Shown here: positions 1-8,874 of the stretch, piece by piece | How positions within the stretch are numbered: position 1 is the stretch's first letter | Layout of the letters: the number at the start of each line of letters is the position of its first letter | DNA from: an uncultured Verrucomicrobiota bacterium | Lineage (GTDB): Bacteria; Verrucomicrobiota; Verrucomicrobiia; Limisphaerales; J093 | Length of the DNA: 33,958 nt | NCBI GenBank assembly: GCA_964472515.1 | Contig: CAYYMW010000020.1 | Span: 1-33,958, forward strand | Direction of reading: 5' to 3' | Translations under genes and position numbers: made by a program | Notes under the pieces: generated by a model | Seen by the model: only the letters and a program-made list of their open reading frames with translations | The model's database searches: none | What the model was told of the DNA's origin: nothing

Positions 1-61
1 GCGATTACCCGAGCTGGCCCAACAACCACGGGCCGCCCGTCTCCCAGAAACAGGCAGGAGC

Positions 62-1474
62 CTACGGGAGCTGCGGCAGGGCCTGGGCGATCACTTGGAA
101 CACCGCATTGGGGGCAACCCCAAGGCCGATGATCGCCACGATCAGCACCACGCACCCGAACCGAGCGGGCAAGGTGAGGGTGATGGGGGGGCGGTCGCCG
201 GGATCGCGGAAGCAGGCTTCGCGAACGATCACGAGATAGTAATACACGGCGATGGCGGCGTTCAGCATCGCCAAAATGACGAGCGCCAGATAACCCTTGG
301 CCAACGCGGCTTTGAGCAGGGCGAATTTGCCCATGAAGCCCGCAAAGGGCGGCAGGCCGGCCAGCGCAAACACTCCCACCAACAAGGTGGCAGCCAGCAG
401 CGGCGAACGCCGGTGCAGTCCGGCGAGGTCGGTAATCGCCAGGTTCACCCCGTCCTTGGAGGTCCAACCGATCACGAGGAAGCAGGCCAGGACCATCAAG
501 GCGTAGCCGAAGATGTAGTAGAGGGAGGCGGTGTAACCATCCGTGCTGAGCGCCACAAACCCGACGAGCGCGTAGCCGGCGTGGGCGATGCCCGAGAAGC
601 CAAGCAACCGTTTGAGATCCTGCTGCATCAGGGCCACCAGGTTGCCATAGAACATGGAGGCCACGGCAAGGCCGGCCAACAGAGTCGGAATGACATGGTC
701 GGTCCCCGGGGTGAGGGTGGTGAAGCGCACCAAGACCGCGACCGCGCCGATCTTGGGGGCGGAGGCGATGAAGCTGGCCGTCTCGTGCGAGGCGCCTTCA
801 TAGACATCGGGCGTCCAGAAGTGGAAAGGAAAGATCGCGAGTTTGTAGAGCAGGCCGGCGAAGAGCATGGCAAGGCCCACCGTCGCCACCGTGGCTTCCT
901 TGGTGACGGCCAGCTTTTGCAGCATGACCGGCAGGAAGGTCGTGCCGGTCAGGCCGAACAGGTAGCTGACGCCGAAGAGCATCACCCCCATGGCCACGAT
1001 GCCGTACATGATGTACTTGATGGCCGATTCCATCTGGCTGCGCTGTCCCTCGCGTTCCCGGCGCATCGGCACGAGGAAGTACAGGGGGAAGGAGGAAAGC
1101 TCGAGGGCGATGATCAGGGCAAGCAGGTCCTGGCAACTGACGAGGAACACGAGTCCGGTGACGCTCAGGGTAAGAAAGAGGTAGTACTCCGGCTTCACGT
1201 CTTCGCGGATGTCCGGGAGGTTTCGGTCCATCGACACCACCAGCAGGAACACGAGCGACAAGCCGACCTTGAGCCATTGGGAATACGCGTCGACCAGGTA
1301 GGCGTCGTTGAAGAGGCTGGCGTGGCAGCCAACGGTGGCAAGCGCGGCGATCGCACCGGCCATGGCGATGATTTGGGCGGTGATCCGCGCGGCCGCGAGC
1401 CGCGAGTCTCCCAAAGCGATCACAAAGAGCGCCAGGGCTCCGAAAAGGAAGACAAGTTCAGGAAGAAAGACCAT
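62..1474 (-). CDS. nuoN: NADH-quinone oxidoreductase subunit N (complex I antiporter-like subunit)
   Basis: 470-aa polytopic membrane protein with NuoN/ND2-family conserved blocks (FHFWTPDVYEG, GFxGKFALL). It is the last gene of a nuoA..N-ordered minus-strand operon. Confidence 0.88.
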   Translation of the reverse strand: MVFLPELVFLFGALALFVIALGDSRLAAARITAQIIAMAGAIAALATVGCHASLFNDAYLVDAYSQWLKVGLSLVFLLVVSMDRNLPDIREDVKPEYYLFLTLSVTGLVFLVSCQDLLALIIALELSSFPLYFLVPMRREREGQRSQMESAIKYIMYGIVAMGVMLFGVSYLFGLTGTTFLPVMLQKLAVTKEATVATVGLAMLFAGLLYKLAIFPFHFWTPDVYEGASHETASFIASAPKIGAVAVLVRFTTLTPGTDHVIPTLLAGLAVASMFYGNLVALMQQDLKRLLGFSGIAHAGYALVGFVALSTDGYTASLYYIFGYALMVLACFLVIGWTSKDGVNLAITDLAGLHRRSPLLAATLLVGVFALAGLPPFAGFMGKFALLKAALAKGYLALVILAMLNAAIAVYYYLVIVREACFRDPGDRPPITLTLPARFGCVVLIVAIIGLGVAPNAVFQVIAQALPQLP

Positions 1475-1535
1475 GCGTCAAAGGGAGCCTGGCCCCACCT
1501 TCAGGGGGGCGGCCAAGGCCGGGATGGTTTGCGCT

Positions 1536-3038
1536 TCAGGGAACGGCGACATAGGCATTCGAACGTTCCACCTGCTCGAGCAAGTGGTTTACACTGGCGT
1601 GGAGCACGTTGGTAAAGGGGCGCGGATGGAGGCCGATCCAGAACACGAATACGAGGAGCGGCGTGAGGGTGGCGATTTCCCGCCAGCCGAGGTCGGGAAT
1701 GGTGGAATGATCGGGATTACGCGTCCCGCCATAGGCGACTTTGAGGAGCAGGCGCAACATGTAGGCTGCGGCCAACACCACTCCCGGGACCACCAAGAGG
1801 GTGACCGGCTTCGACCAGGCGAAGCTGCCGCTCAGCACCAGGAACTCACCGATGAAACTGTTCGTGCCCGGGAAGGCCAGCGACGACAGGGAGAAGATCC
1901 CGGCGAAAAAGGCGAGGATGGGCATCTGCTTGCCGAGGCCGGCGACCTGCGCCAGCTCGCGGGTATGGAGGCGCTCATAGATGATGCCGACCAGGATGAA
2001 CAAGGCGCCGGTCGTCACGCCATGGTTGATCATGACCAGGAGGGCGCCTTCCACCCCCTGTGAATTCAGCAGGAAGATGCCGAGGGTGGCAAAGCCCATG
2101 TGGCCCACGCTCGAATAGGCCACGAGTTTCTTGAGGTCGCTTTGCGCCAGGGCCGTCAGGCCGCCGTAGAGAATCCCGAGGATGGACAGGCCGATGAGCC
2201 AGGGCATGAAGACATGCGTGGCGTGGGGGGTGATGGGGAGGCAGAACCGGAGGAAGCCGTAGGTGCCCATCTTGAGGAGCACGCTGGCCAGAATCACACT
2301 GCCCGCCGTGGGCGCCTCGACATGCGCCGCGGGCAGCCAGGTGTGGAAGGGGAACATCGGCACCTTGATGGCGAAGGACAGGGCGAAGGCCAGGAACACC
2401 CAGAACTGAAATTGCGGCGAATAAGCCCGCCCCATCAAGTCGGGGATGTAGAAGGTGTCCGCCTCCAGGTACAAGGCAATGATGGCGACCAGCAACATGA
2501 CCGAACCCGCCATCGTATAGATGAAGAACTTCAGGGCGGCGTAGATGCGCCGCGGGCCGCCCCAGACACCGATGAGCAGACTCATCGGGATGAGCATCGC
2601 TTCCCAGAATACGAAGAAGAGGACCAGATCCAAGGCGCAGAACACGCCTACCATGGCTCCTTCCATGATGAGGAGGCAGACGAGAAATTCCTTCACCCGC
2701 GTCTCGATGTACCGCCACGAAGCGGTCACGCACAACGGCATGATCAGGGTGGTCAGCAGCACCAGCAGCAGGCTGATGCCGTCCACGCCGAGCGTGTAGT
2801 TGATCTTGAGCCACGGAATCCAGGCGGCATGCTCGACGTACTGGAAGGCGGCAGACTGGGCCTCGAAGCGCCAGTACAGGGGGAGGGAAGCCCCGGCCAG
2901 AACGAGGGTGGACAGGAGAGTCCACCACCGGAGCGCGCGGGGGTTCTTCAGAAACAAGGCGACGACGGCCGCGGCCAGCGGGCCGAAGATCAGCACGCTG
3001 AGCAAGGGGAAGTCGATAGCGGAGGCGGTTGAACTCAT
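1536..3038 (-). CDS. nuoM: NADH-quinone oxidoreductase subunit M
   Basis: 500-aa membrane protein with NuoM/ND4 motifs (FFVFWEAMLIPM, LVAYSSVGHMG, HTWLPAAHVEAPT). It sits between nuoL and nuoN. Confidence 0.9.
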   Translation of the reverse strand: MSSTASAIDFPLLSVLIFGPLAAAVVALFLKNPRALRWWTLLSTLVLAGASLPLYWRFEAQSAAFQYVEHAAWIPWLKINYTLGVDGISLLLVLLTTLIMPLCVTASWRYIETRVKEFLVCLLIMEGAMVGVFCALDLVLFFVFWEAMLIPMSLLIGVWGGPRRIYAALKFFIYTMAGSVMLLVAIIALYLEADTFYIPDLMGRAYSPQFQFWVFLAFALSFAIKVPMFPFHTWLPAAHVEAPTAGSVILASVLLKMGTYGFLRFCLPITPHATHVFMPWLIGLSILGILYGGLTALAQSDLKKLVAYSSVGHMGFATLGIFLLNSQGVEGALLVMINHGVTTGALFILVGIIYERLHTRELAQVAGLGKQMPILAFFAGIFSLSSLAFPGTNSFIGEFLVLSGSFAWSKPVTLLVVPGVVLAAAYMLRLLLKVAYGGTRNPDHSTIPDLGWREIATLTPLLVFVFWIGLHPRPFTNVLHASVNHLLEQVERSNAYVAVP

Positions 3039-3045
3039 CGCGGGG

Positions 3046-4827
3046 TCAGAAGAGGTAGACCAGGAGCAGCGTCAGAAGCAAGGCGGCGGCGAACACCAAA
3101 ACGAGGCTTTGCTGAATCTGGCCGCGCTGGGCCGTGCGCAGGCGGCCGCCGACGCCGCGAATGGTGGTGGCCAGGCCGTCCACCAGGCCGTCGATCACAC
3201 GGTTGTCGAAGCGGCCGGCGAGGCGGGCGGAAACCATGAGCGGAATCAGGCCGGCCACGCGGTAGAGTTCGCCGACGGCGGTATCGGCCCATTGCACCGG
3301 TTTGCGGGCCAGCCAGGCGAACGCCCGGCCGCCCTTGCGGTAGAACCAGTCGGTATCGAGGCTGATGGTGGCTTCCGGTTCGAGCTTCTTGATCAGGAGG
3401 AAGAAGCCGACGGCGGTGAAAAGCAGCAACTGGAGGGTCTCCGAGACGTGGTAGGCGGTGTAGGGTTCGTACTCCACCTGGAAGGGGAGCTTGCCGTAGA
3501 GATACGGGGTGTAGCACCCGATGAAGATGCAAAGGACCGAGGTGATCGCCATGGCGACGTTCATGTTCCAAGGCGGCTCGCTGGCACGCTGCCAGGTGGT
3601 TTCCGAGCAATGGCGTTTGCCGAACCAGATGAAATACGGGACCTTCAGGCCGGTGTGGAGGAACGTGCCGACGGACGCCAGCATGAGGAGGTAGCCGACC
3701 CAGAGCTTGTGTTCCTCGAAGCCGGCGGTGACGATCATCGATTTGCTGACGAAGCCGCTGAACAGCGGAAAGGCGGAGATCGAGAGGCCGCCAACCAGCG
3801 TGAAAGCGAAGGTCCAAGGCATCTTCTCCCAGAGCCCGCCCAGGTTGGTGAACTTGCTTTCGCCGGTCTGGTGCAGCACCGCCCCGCAGCCCATGAAGAG
3901 GAGTCCCTTGTAAAGAATGTGCGCGAAGGCATGCGCGCAGGCCCCGTTGATGGCCAGTTCCGTGCCCAAGCCCACTCCCGCGACCATGTAGCCGACCTGG
4001 CTGATGATGTGGTAGGCGAGCAGGCGGCGGCAGTCGTTCTCGAGCACCGCGTAAACGACGCCGTACAGGGCCATCGCCACGCCGAGGGGGACCAGGATTT
4101 CCATGCCCGGGAAACCACGACAGAGCGCGTACACGGCCGTCTTGGTCGTGAAGGCACAGAGGAAGACGGAGCCGTTGAACGTGCCCTCGCCGTAAGCGTC
4201 GGGCAACCAGGCGTGCAGCGGCGGCACGGCGGCGTTCAGGATGAAGCCGATCAGGACCAACCACGCGGCCAGCGTGGGGTGGTGAACGTCAAAAGTGGTA
4301 AACGCGAGACTCCCGCCCTGGGAGTGCGCGTGAAGGATGATCCCCGCCAGCAGGGAGATGCCGCCCGCCACGTGAACCAGCAGGTAACGGTAGCCGGTGG
4401 CCAGAGACTGAGGACGGCGGCGGAACCAGATCAGGAACACGGACGAAAAAGCCATCAACTCCCAGAAGAGGAACAGCGTCAGGAAGTCTCCGGCGTAGAT
4501 GGCGCCCAGGGAACCCGCGGCATACGTCCAGGCGGCGGTGTGCTGCAGGCTTCCCTTGACGTGCAGACCGTACAGGGTCGAGATGATGCACATCAAACCC
4601 ATGATGTAGCCGAAGACCGAACTGAGGCGGTCCACCCGTCCGAAGACGAGGGTCCAATCGAGGAACTTGACCTCACCGAACGTTCCCGCGGACAGTTGGC
4701 AGATGCGGGCGAAGGTCAGCAGAGGAACCAGCAACAGAACCGCCGGGCGGGCGCGCTTTGGCACCAGCGGAAGCAGTAGACCACCGAGGATCAGGATCGC
4801 AGCGGGATGAATCCAGAGGCTATTCAT
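3046..4827 (-). CDS. nuoL: NADH-quinone oxidoreductase subunit L
   Basis: 593-aa Proton_antipo_M-family protein (LLAYHIISQVGYM, WLPDAYGEGT). Its C-terminus is a long, mostly charged amphipathic segment followed by a single final TM (..RLRTAQRGQIQQSLVLVFAAALLLTLLLVYLF), the hallmark of the NuoL lateral helix. The ATG at 4827 overlaps the stop of the upstream small ORF by 8 nt. Confidence 0.85.
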   Translation of the reverse strand: MNSLWIHPAAILILGGLLLPLVPKRARPAVLLLVPLLTFARICQLSAGTFGEVKFLDWTLVFGRVDRLSSVFGYIMGLMCIISTLYGLHVKGSLQHTAAWTYAAGSLGAIYAGDFLTLFLFWELMAFSSVFLIWFRRRPQSLATGYRYLLVHVAGGISLLAGIILHAHSQGGSLAFTTFDVHHPTLAAWLVLIGFILNAAVPPLHAWLPDAYGEGTFNGSVFLCAFTTKTAVYALCRGFPGMEILVPLGVAMALYGVVYAVLENDCRRLLAYHIISQVGYMVAGVGLGTELAINGACAHAFAHILYKGLLFMGCGAVLHQTGESKFTNLGGLWEKMPWTFAFTLVGGLSISAFPLFSGFVSKSMIVTAGFEEHKLWVGYLLMLASVGTFLHTGLKVPYFIWFGKRHCSETTWQRASEPPWNMNVAMAITSVLCIFIGCYTPYLYGKLPFQVEYEPYTAYHVSETLQLLLFTAVGFFLLIKKLEPEATISLDTDWFYRKGGRAFAWLARKPVQWADTAVGELYRVAGLIPLMVSARLAGRFDNRVIDGLVDGLATTIRGVGGRLRTAQRGQIQQSLVLVFAAALLLTLLLVYLF

Positions 4828-5080
4828 CGTAATAGTCCTCCCGGGTCATGATGCCGGCATGGCCGAAGGCTTTGGAGAGCAGGATCAACACGACGCAGCC
4901 GACAAAACCGAACACCGCCCAGAAGCCGGGAATGGTCTCGGTCTTGGTGTGGGCATGGTGTTTGTCCACCAACATCGGGATGGCGTCCAAAATGACCAGC
5001 AGGGCCAGCAGGACCCAGCACAACCGGATCACCGGCTTGAGGCGTTGGCGGATAAACTCGATGAAAGCGCGGAGTCTCAT
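4820..5080 (-). CDS. Small membrane protein (86 aa), translationally coupled between the extra antiporter-like gene and nuoL
   Basis: 86-aa ORF. The N-terminal amphipathic basic segment (MRLRAFIEFIRQRLKPVIRL) is followed by two hydrophobic helices. Its start overlaps the upstream stop as ATGA at 5077-5080 and its stop overlaps the nuoL start. It is in the coding-sense orientation of the operon. I recognise no family. Confidence 0.5.
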   Translation of the reverse strand: MRLRAFIEFIRQRLKPVIRLCWVLLALLVILDAIPMLVDKHHAHTKTETIPGFWAVFGFVGCVVLILLSKAFGHAGIMTREDYYDE

Positions 5081-6555
5081 GGCATAACGACGGCTTTGGC
5101 AAAGCCCATGAAGAGATCAGGGTAGAAGCCCAGGATGAGCGAGATGACCGCGGTGATGGTCAGCGGCACCACCATGGCAGGGTGGGCTTCTTTATAGTGA
5201 TGGCCGGCATCCGCTGCGGAGGGTTTTCCAAAGAAAGCCTGATACACCACCGGGGCGAAGTAGGCGGTGTTGAGCAGGGTGCTGGCGATCAGCACACAGA
5301 TGATGCCGATGGAGCCCGCATCCATGGCGCCGACCAGCAGGTACCACTTGGAGACGAACCCGCCCACGGGAGGCGCGCCGATCATGCCCAGGGAAGCGAT
5401 CGCAAAGGCGCCGAACGTGAAGGGCATGACCCGGCCCAGCCCACTCATCTCGGAGATGTTCTTCTTGTGCGTGGCGACGTAGATCGCCCCAGCGCAGAAG
5501 AACAGAGTGATCTTGGCGAAGGCGTGGTTGGCGATATGCACCAAACCACCTTCGACCGCCGCCGGTTTGAGGAGGGCGACCCCCAGAATCACATAGGACA
5601 ACTGGCTGACGGTCGAGTAGGCCAGCCGGGCTTTCAGGTTGTCCTTGCTTAGGGCGATGATCGACGCCGCCAGGATGGTGAACGAGACGAAGTAGGCGGT
5701 GGGCAGGCCCAGATTCAGCGCGTCCATTTTGTCCACGCCGAACACGTAGAGCATGACGCGGACGGTCGAAAACACCCCGACTTTGACGACGGCGACGGCG
5801 TGCAGCAGGGCGCTGACCGGGGTAGGGGCCACCATCGCGCTGGGAAGCCAGTTGTGAAAGGGCATGATGCCGTTCTTGGCGAAGCCCAGCAGGCAGGCAA
5901 CGTAAGCGGCGGTGACCAGGCCTTTGTGGGCCTCCGGCGGCAGAATGCCGGTATGGATGTTGTGGGCGAAATCGAGTGTGCCGCTGAGCACGTAGATCAG
6001 CACCATGGCGGGCAGCACCAAGGCCTTCGCGGTGCTGGTGAGGTAGACCAGGTATTTGCGCGCGCCCTCGTAGCTTTCCTCATCCTGGTGGTGGGCCACC
6101 AAGGGATAGGTCGTGATGCTGACGATCTCGTAAAACAGGTACAGGGTGAACAGGTTGTCGGCAAACGCGCACCCCATGGCACCGAACAGGGCCAGGGCGA
6201 AGCAGGCATTGAAGCGGGTCTGAGCGTGTTCCTCGAGACCCCGCATGTAACCGGCGGAGTAGAAGACCGCCAACACCCAGAGGAACGAGGCCGCCACCGC
6301 GAAGATCATCGAGAGAGCGTCCGCGCGGAGAGTGACACTCAGGCCGGGCAGCATGTCGAACAGAACGAACGAGATCGTCTTGCCGGAACGAACAGCGGGG
6401 ATCAGGGAGACGGTTGTGAGAAAGAGGGTGGCGGCGGCCAGGAACGAACAGGCTTCGCGCAGATTGGGGCGCCGGCCGGTGACCATCACCAAGCCCGCGC
6501 CGAGGAGCGGGGCCAGGATGGCCAGGAGCAATCGTGGTTCGGTAATGGTCTCCAT
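5077..6555 (-). CDS. Additional complex I/Mrp antiporter-like subunit (NuoM/MrpD-like paralogue)
   Basis: 492-aa protein with Proton_antipo_M-family signatures (LFYEIVSITTYPLV, FHNWLPSAMVAPTPVSALLHA, LAYSTVSQLSYV). It lies between nuoK and nuoL in addition to canonical L, M and N. It lacks a NuoL-type C-terminal lateral helix. Confidence 0.8.
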   Translation of the reverse strand: METITEPRLLLAILAPLLGAGLVMVTGRRPNLREACSFLAAATLFLTTVSLIPAVRSGKTISFVLFDMLPGLSVTLRADALSMIFAVAASFLWVLAVFYSAGYMRGLEEHAQTRFNACFALALFGAMGCAFADNLFTLYLFYEIVSITTYPLVAHHQDEESYEGARKYLVYLTSTAKALVLPAMVLIYVLSGTLDFAHNIHTGILPPEAHKGLVTAAYVACLLGFAKNGIMPFHNWLPSAMVAPTPVSALLHAVAVVKVGVFSTVRVMLYVFGVDKMDALNLGLPTAYFVSFTILAASIIALSKDNLKARLAYSTVSQLSYVILGVALLKPAAVEGGLVHIANHAFAKITLFFCAGAIYVATHKKNISEMSGLGRVMPFTFGAFAIASLGMIGAPPVGGFVSKWYLLVGAMDAGSIGIICVLIASTLLNTAYFAPVVYQAFFGKPSAADAGHHYKEAHPAMVVPLTITAVISLILGFYPDLFMGFAKAVVMP

Positions 6556-6562
6556 AGGGGCG

Positions 6563-6889
6563 CTAGCCGCGCAGGTCGGTGAGTTGGCGCGGTTCGATCG
6601 ACCGGTAATTGCGGTACACGGCGATGATCACGCTCAGCGCGACTGCGACTTCCGCCGCCGCCAGCCCCATGATGACCAGCACGGCGATCTGGCCGACGGT
6701 CGGGTCAGGCGCGCTGAAGCGGTTGAGCGCCATGATGTTGAGGGCGGCCGCTGAAAAGATGAGTTCGCCGGCGATGATCATGCCGACGAGCGTGCGTCGA
6801 CGCACCAGGCCGAAGACGCCCACTGCGAAAAGGAAAGCGGCGAGGGCCAGATAGACGCGGGGGTCGTTGTAGAGGCCAGTCAGGTTCAT
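6563..6889 (-). CDS. nuoK: NADH-quinone oxidoreductase subunit K
   Basis: 109-aa three-TM protein (MNLTGLYNDPRVYLALAAFLF..AAEVAVALSVI..). It is the C-terminal in-frame part of six-frame ORF 6563..7285. Its ATG at 6889 overlaps the nuoJ stop as ATGA. Confidence 0.85.
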   Translation of the reverse strand: MNLTGLYNDPRVYLALAAFLFAVGVFGLVRRRTLVGMIIAGELIFSAAALNIMALNRFSAPDPTVGQIAVLVIMGLAAAEVAVALSVIIAVYRNYRSIEPRQLTDLRG

Positions 6890-7422
6890 GGTTTGGTGCG
6901 GCCGTAGCGCGCGATGACCAGGGCTCCCAGAATGGCGACGAGGAGCACCAGGGAAATGAGTTCGAAGGCCAGACTGTAGGTCGTGAGCAGCGAGGTGCCG
7001 ATGGCGGCGATGGAGCCGGAGTCGACGCTGGCCGTCGATTTCGGCCAGGCATGGCTGGCACCCACCCAGCAGAGACCTGCAAAGGCGGCGCCCGTGATGG
7101 CGAAGGCCAGTCCGCCCCATCCGAAGGAGGCTAGAGTACGTTCCGGCGGCGGGGGCTCCATAGGTTCGGCCAGCATGACCGCGAAAATGATGGTGATGCA
7201 GACCGCGCCGACGTAGATGAGCATCTCCATGAGCGCCAGGAAGGGACTGCAGAGAAAGTAATACAGGCCGGCCAGGCCGGTGCAACAGAGCGCCAGGCCG
7301 CAGACGCCATGAATGATCTTCGGAGTCAGCACGGCCAGAAGCGCGCCAGTTACCGTGGCGGCGACGAACAGGAGGAAGACGGCCAGAACTGCCGCCTGGG
7401 TGGCGGGGTTGATCTGGGTCAT
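6886..7422 (-). CDS. nuoJ: NADH-quinone oxidoreductase subunit J
   Basis: Real start at internal Met (MTQINPATQAAVLAVFLLFVA...). The ATG at 7422 overlaps the nuoI TGA as ATGA. The 5-TM NuoJ/ND6-like profile is present. The upstream part of six-frame ORF 6886..7560 is rejected. Confidence 0.82.
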   Translation of the reverse strand: MTQINPATQAAVLAVFLLFVAATVTGALLAVLTPKIIHGVCGLALCCTGLAGLYYFLCSPFLALMEMLIYVGAVCITIIFAVMLAEPMEPPPPERTLASFGWGGLAFAITGAAFAGLCWVGASHAWPKSTASVDSGSIAAIGTSLLTTYSLAFELISLVLLVAILGALVIARYGRTKP

Positions 7423-7868
7423 CGGTTTTCCTCCTCGAACCGCTGGACGAGGTCGATCTGGCAGTAGGGGGTCTTGCTCAGGGAGGCCAGGTTGTACGCC
7501 TTCGAGTAGGCCAGAGCATCGGTGGGGCAGACTTCGACGCAAGCGCCGCAAAGACTGCACTTCGTGAAATCCAGTTTGAAATCAGTCACCGACTTGCGCT
7601 TCTCCCCTTCACGCTTGATGCCTTCGACGACGATGCAGTCGCTTGGGCAGGCTTTCTCGCACGACTTGCAGGCGATGCACAGCGTCCGGCTGGGATTCTC
7701 GGGGTCCTTGACGAGAATGATGTGGCCCCGGTAGCGGGGGGCCATCTTCAACGATTCACGCGGATAGTGCAGCGTGACCGGCTTGCGGAAGAACTCGGCC
7801 AGCGTGATGCGCATGCCGACAAAAATGGTCCGCAGGCCCAAAAGAGTGTCGCGCAAGGGAGTTTTCAT
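7419..7868 (-). CDS. nuoI: NADH-quinone oxidoreductase subunit I (2x[4Fe-4S] ferredoxin-like)
   Basis: 150-aa protein with two CxxCxxCxxxCP motifs (CIACKSCEKACPSDC and CSLCGACVEVCPTDA). It starts MKTPLRDTLLG at the ATG overlapping the nuoH stop. The long N-terminal extension of ORF 7419..9029 is an out-of-frame artefact over nuoH. Confidence 0.9.
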   Translation of the reverse strand: MKTPLRDTLLGLRTIFVGMRITLAEFFRKPVTLHYPRESLKMAPRYRGHIILVKDPENPSRTLCIACKSCEKACPSDCIVVEGIKREGEKRKSVTDFKLDFTKCSLCGACVEVCPTDALAYSKAYNLASLSKTPYCQIDLVQRFEEENR

Positions 7869-8860
7869 GAATGAAGGACTTTCAGCATGACCGCCGTGAG
7901 AATCAGGATGGCCAGCGAGGTCGGGATGAGAATCTTCCAGGACAGATTCAGCAGGCCGTAGAATTGGGTCCGGGGCACGGTCCAGCGAATCCAGATGACG
8001 GTGAAGCAAAGCAGGTAGAGCTTGAGCAGGAACCAAGGCAGGCCGCTGAAGGCGCCGAAGGGACTCTGCCAACCACCGAAGAAGAGAATCGTGGCCACGC
8101 TGCAGCCAACGACGATGTTGGCGTATTCGGCCATGAAGAAGACCCCGAACCCCATGCCGGCGTATTCGGTGAAGGCGCCGGCGACCAATTCGCTCTCCGC
8201 CTCGGCCATGTCGAAGGGAGCACGGTTGGTTTCGGCCAGCATGCAGGTGAAAAAGATGATGAAGGTGGCCGGCATCAGCGGGTTGGCGTCCAGGCGGAAA
8301 ATGTTCCAGTGCCAGAACCAGCCGGCCTGCTGGGTCACGATTTTCTGGAGATCCATGGTTCCCGTGACCATCAGCATGGTGGTTACCACCAACAACATCG
8401 GCACCTCGTAGGCGACATCCTGCGAGACCACGCGGGCGGCCGATACAATGGCGTACTTGTTCCGCGAAGCCCAGCCTCCCAGCATGATGGCCATGACGTT
8501 GATCGCGCCGAAGGAAAACATCATCAGCAGCCCGACGTTGAGGTTCCGGGCAACCAGGAAATCGCTGAAAGGCACCGTGGCCAGGCACATCAGCGGCGGG
8601 CTCATGACCATGATGGGGGCCAGCCGAAAGAGGATGCCGTCCACTCCGGCCGGAACGATGAGTTGCTTGGACATCAGCTTGAGGCCGTCCGCCACGGGCT
8701 GAAGCAGGCCGGCGTAGCCGACCTCGGTGGGACCGGCGCGACGCTGGAAGCGGCCGGCGCCCTTGCGCTCCACCCAGACCAGGTAGGCGGCGTTGAAGCC
8801 CACAAAGGCCATGATGCCCGCCAGGAAGGCGATCAGTTTGAAGAGTTCGGGGAGGCTCAT
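7865..8860 (-). CDS. nuoH: NADH-quinone oxidoreductase subunit H
   Basis: 331-aa membrane protein with NuoH/ND1 signatures (GLLQPVADGLKL, ETNRAPFDMAEAESELVAG). Confidence 0.9.
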   Translation of the reverse strand: MSLPELFKLIAFLAGIMAFVGFNAAYLVWVERKGAGRFQRRAGPTEVGYAGLLQPVADGLKLMSKQLIVPAGVDGILFRLAPIMVMSPPLMCLATVPFSDFLVARNLNVGLLMMFSFGAINVMAIMLGGWASRNKYAIVSAARVVSQDVAYEVPMLLVVTTMLMVTGTMDLQKIVTQQAGWFWHWNIFRLDANPLMPATFIIFFTCMLAETNRAPFDMAEAESELVAGAFTEYAGMGFGVFFMAEYANIVVGCSVATILFFGGWQSPFGAFSGLPWFLLKLYLLCFTVIWIRWTVPRTQFYGLLNLSWKILIPTSLAILILTAVMLKVLHS

Positions 8861-8874
8861 GGGAAGAGGGCGGC

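Noticed and set aside
95-1615. 506-aa plus-strand ORF antisense to nuoN
   Set aside because: The translation is Gly/Arg/His/Asp/Glu/Gln-rich low complexity with no hydrophobic core. It is a typical stop-free reverse frame of a high-GC3 gene. The opposite strand has unambiguous NuoN homology.
2800-4779. 659-aa plus-strand ORF antisense to nuoL (and 3035..4264 minus-strand out-of-frame ORF)
   Set aside because: Same GC-artefact composition (R/G/A/D/E/Q rich). nuoL on the minus strand in another frame carries the conserved motifs.
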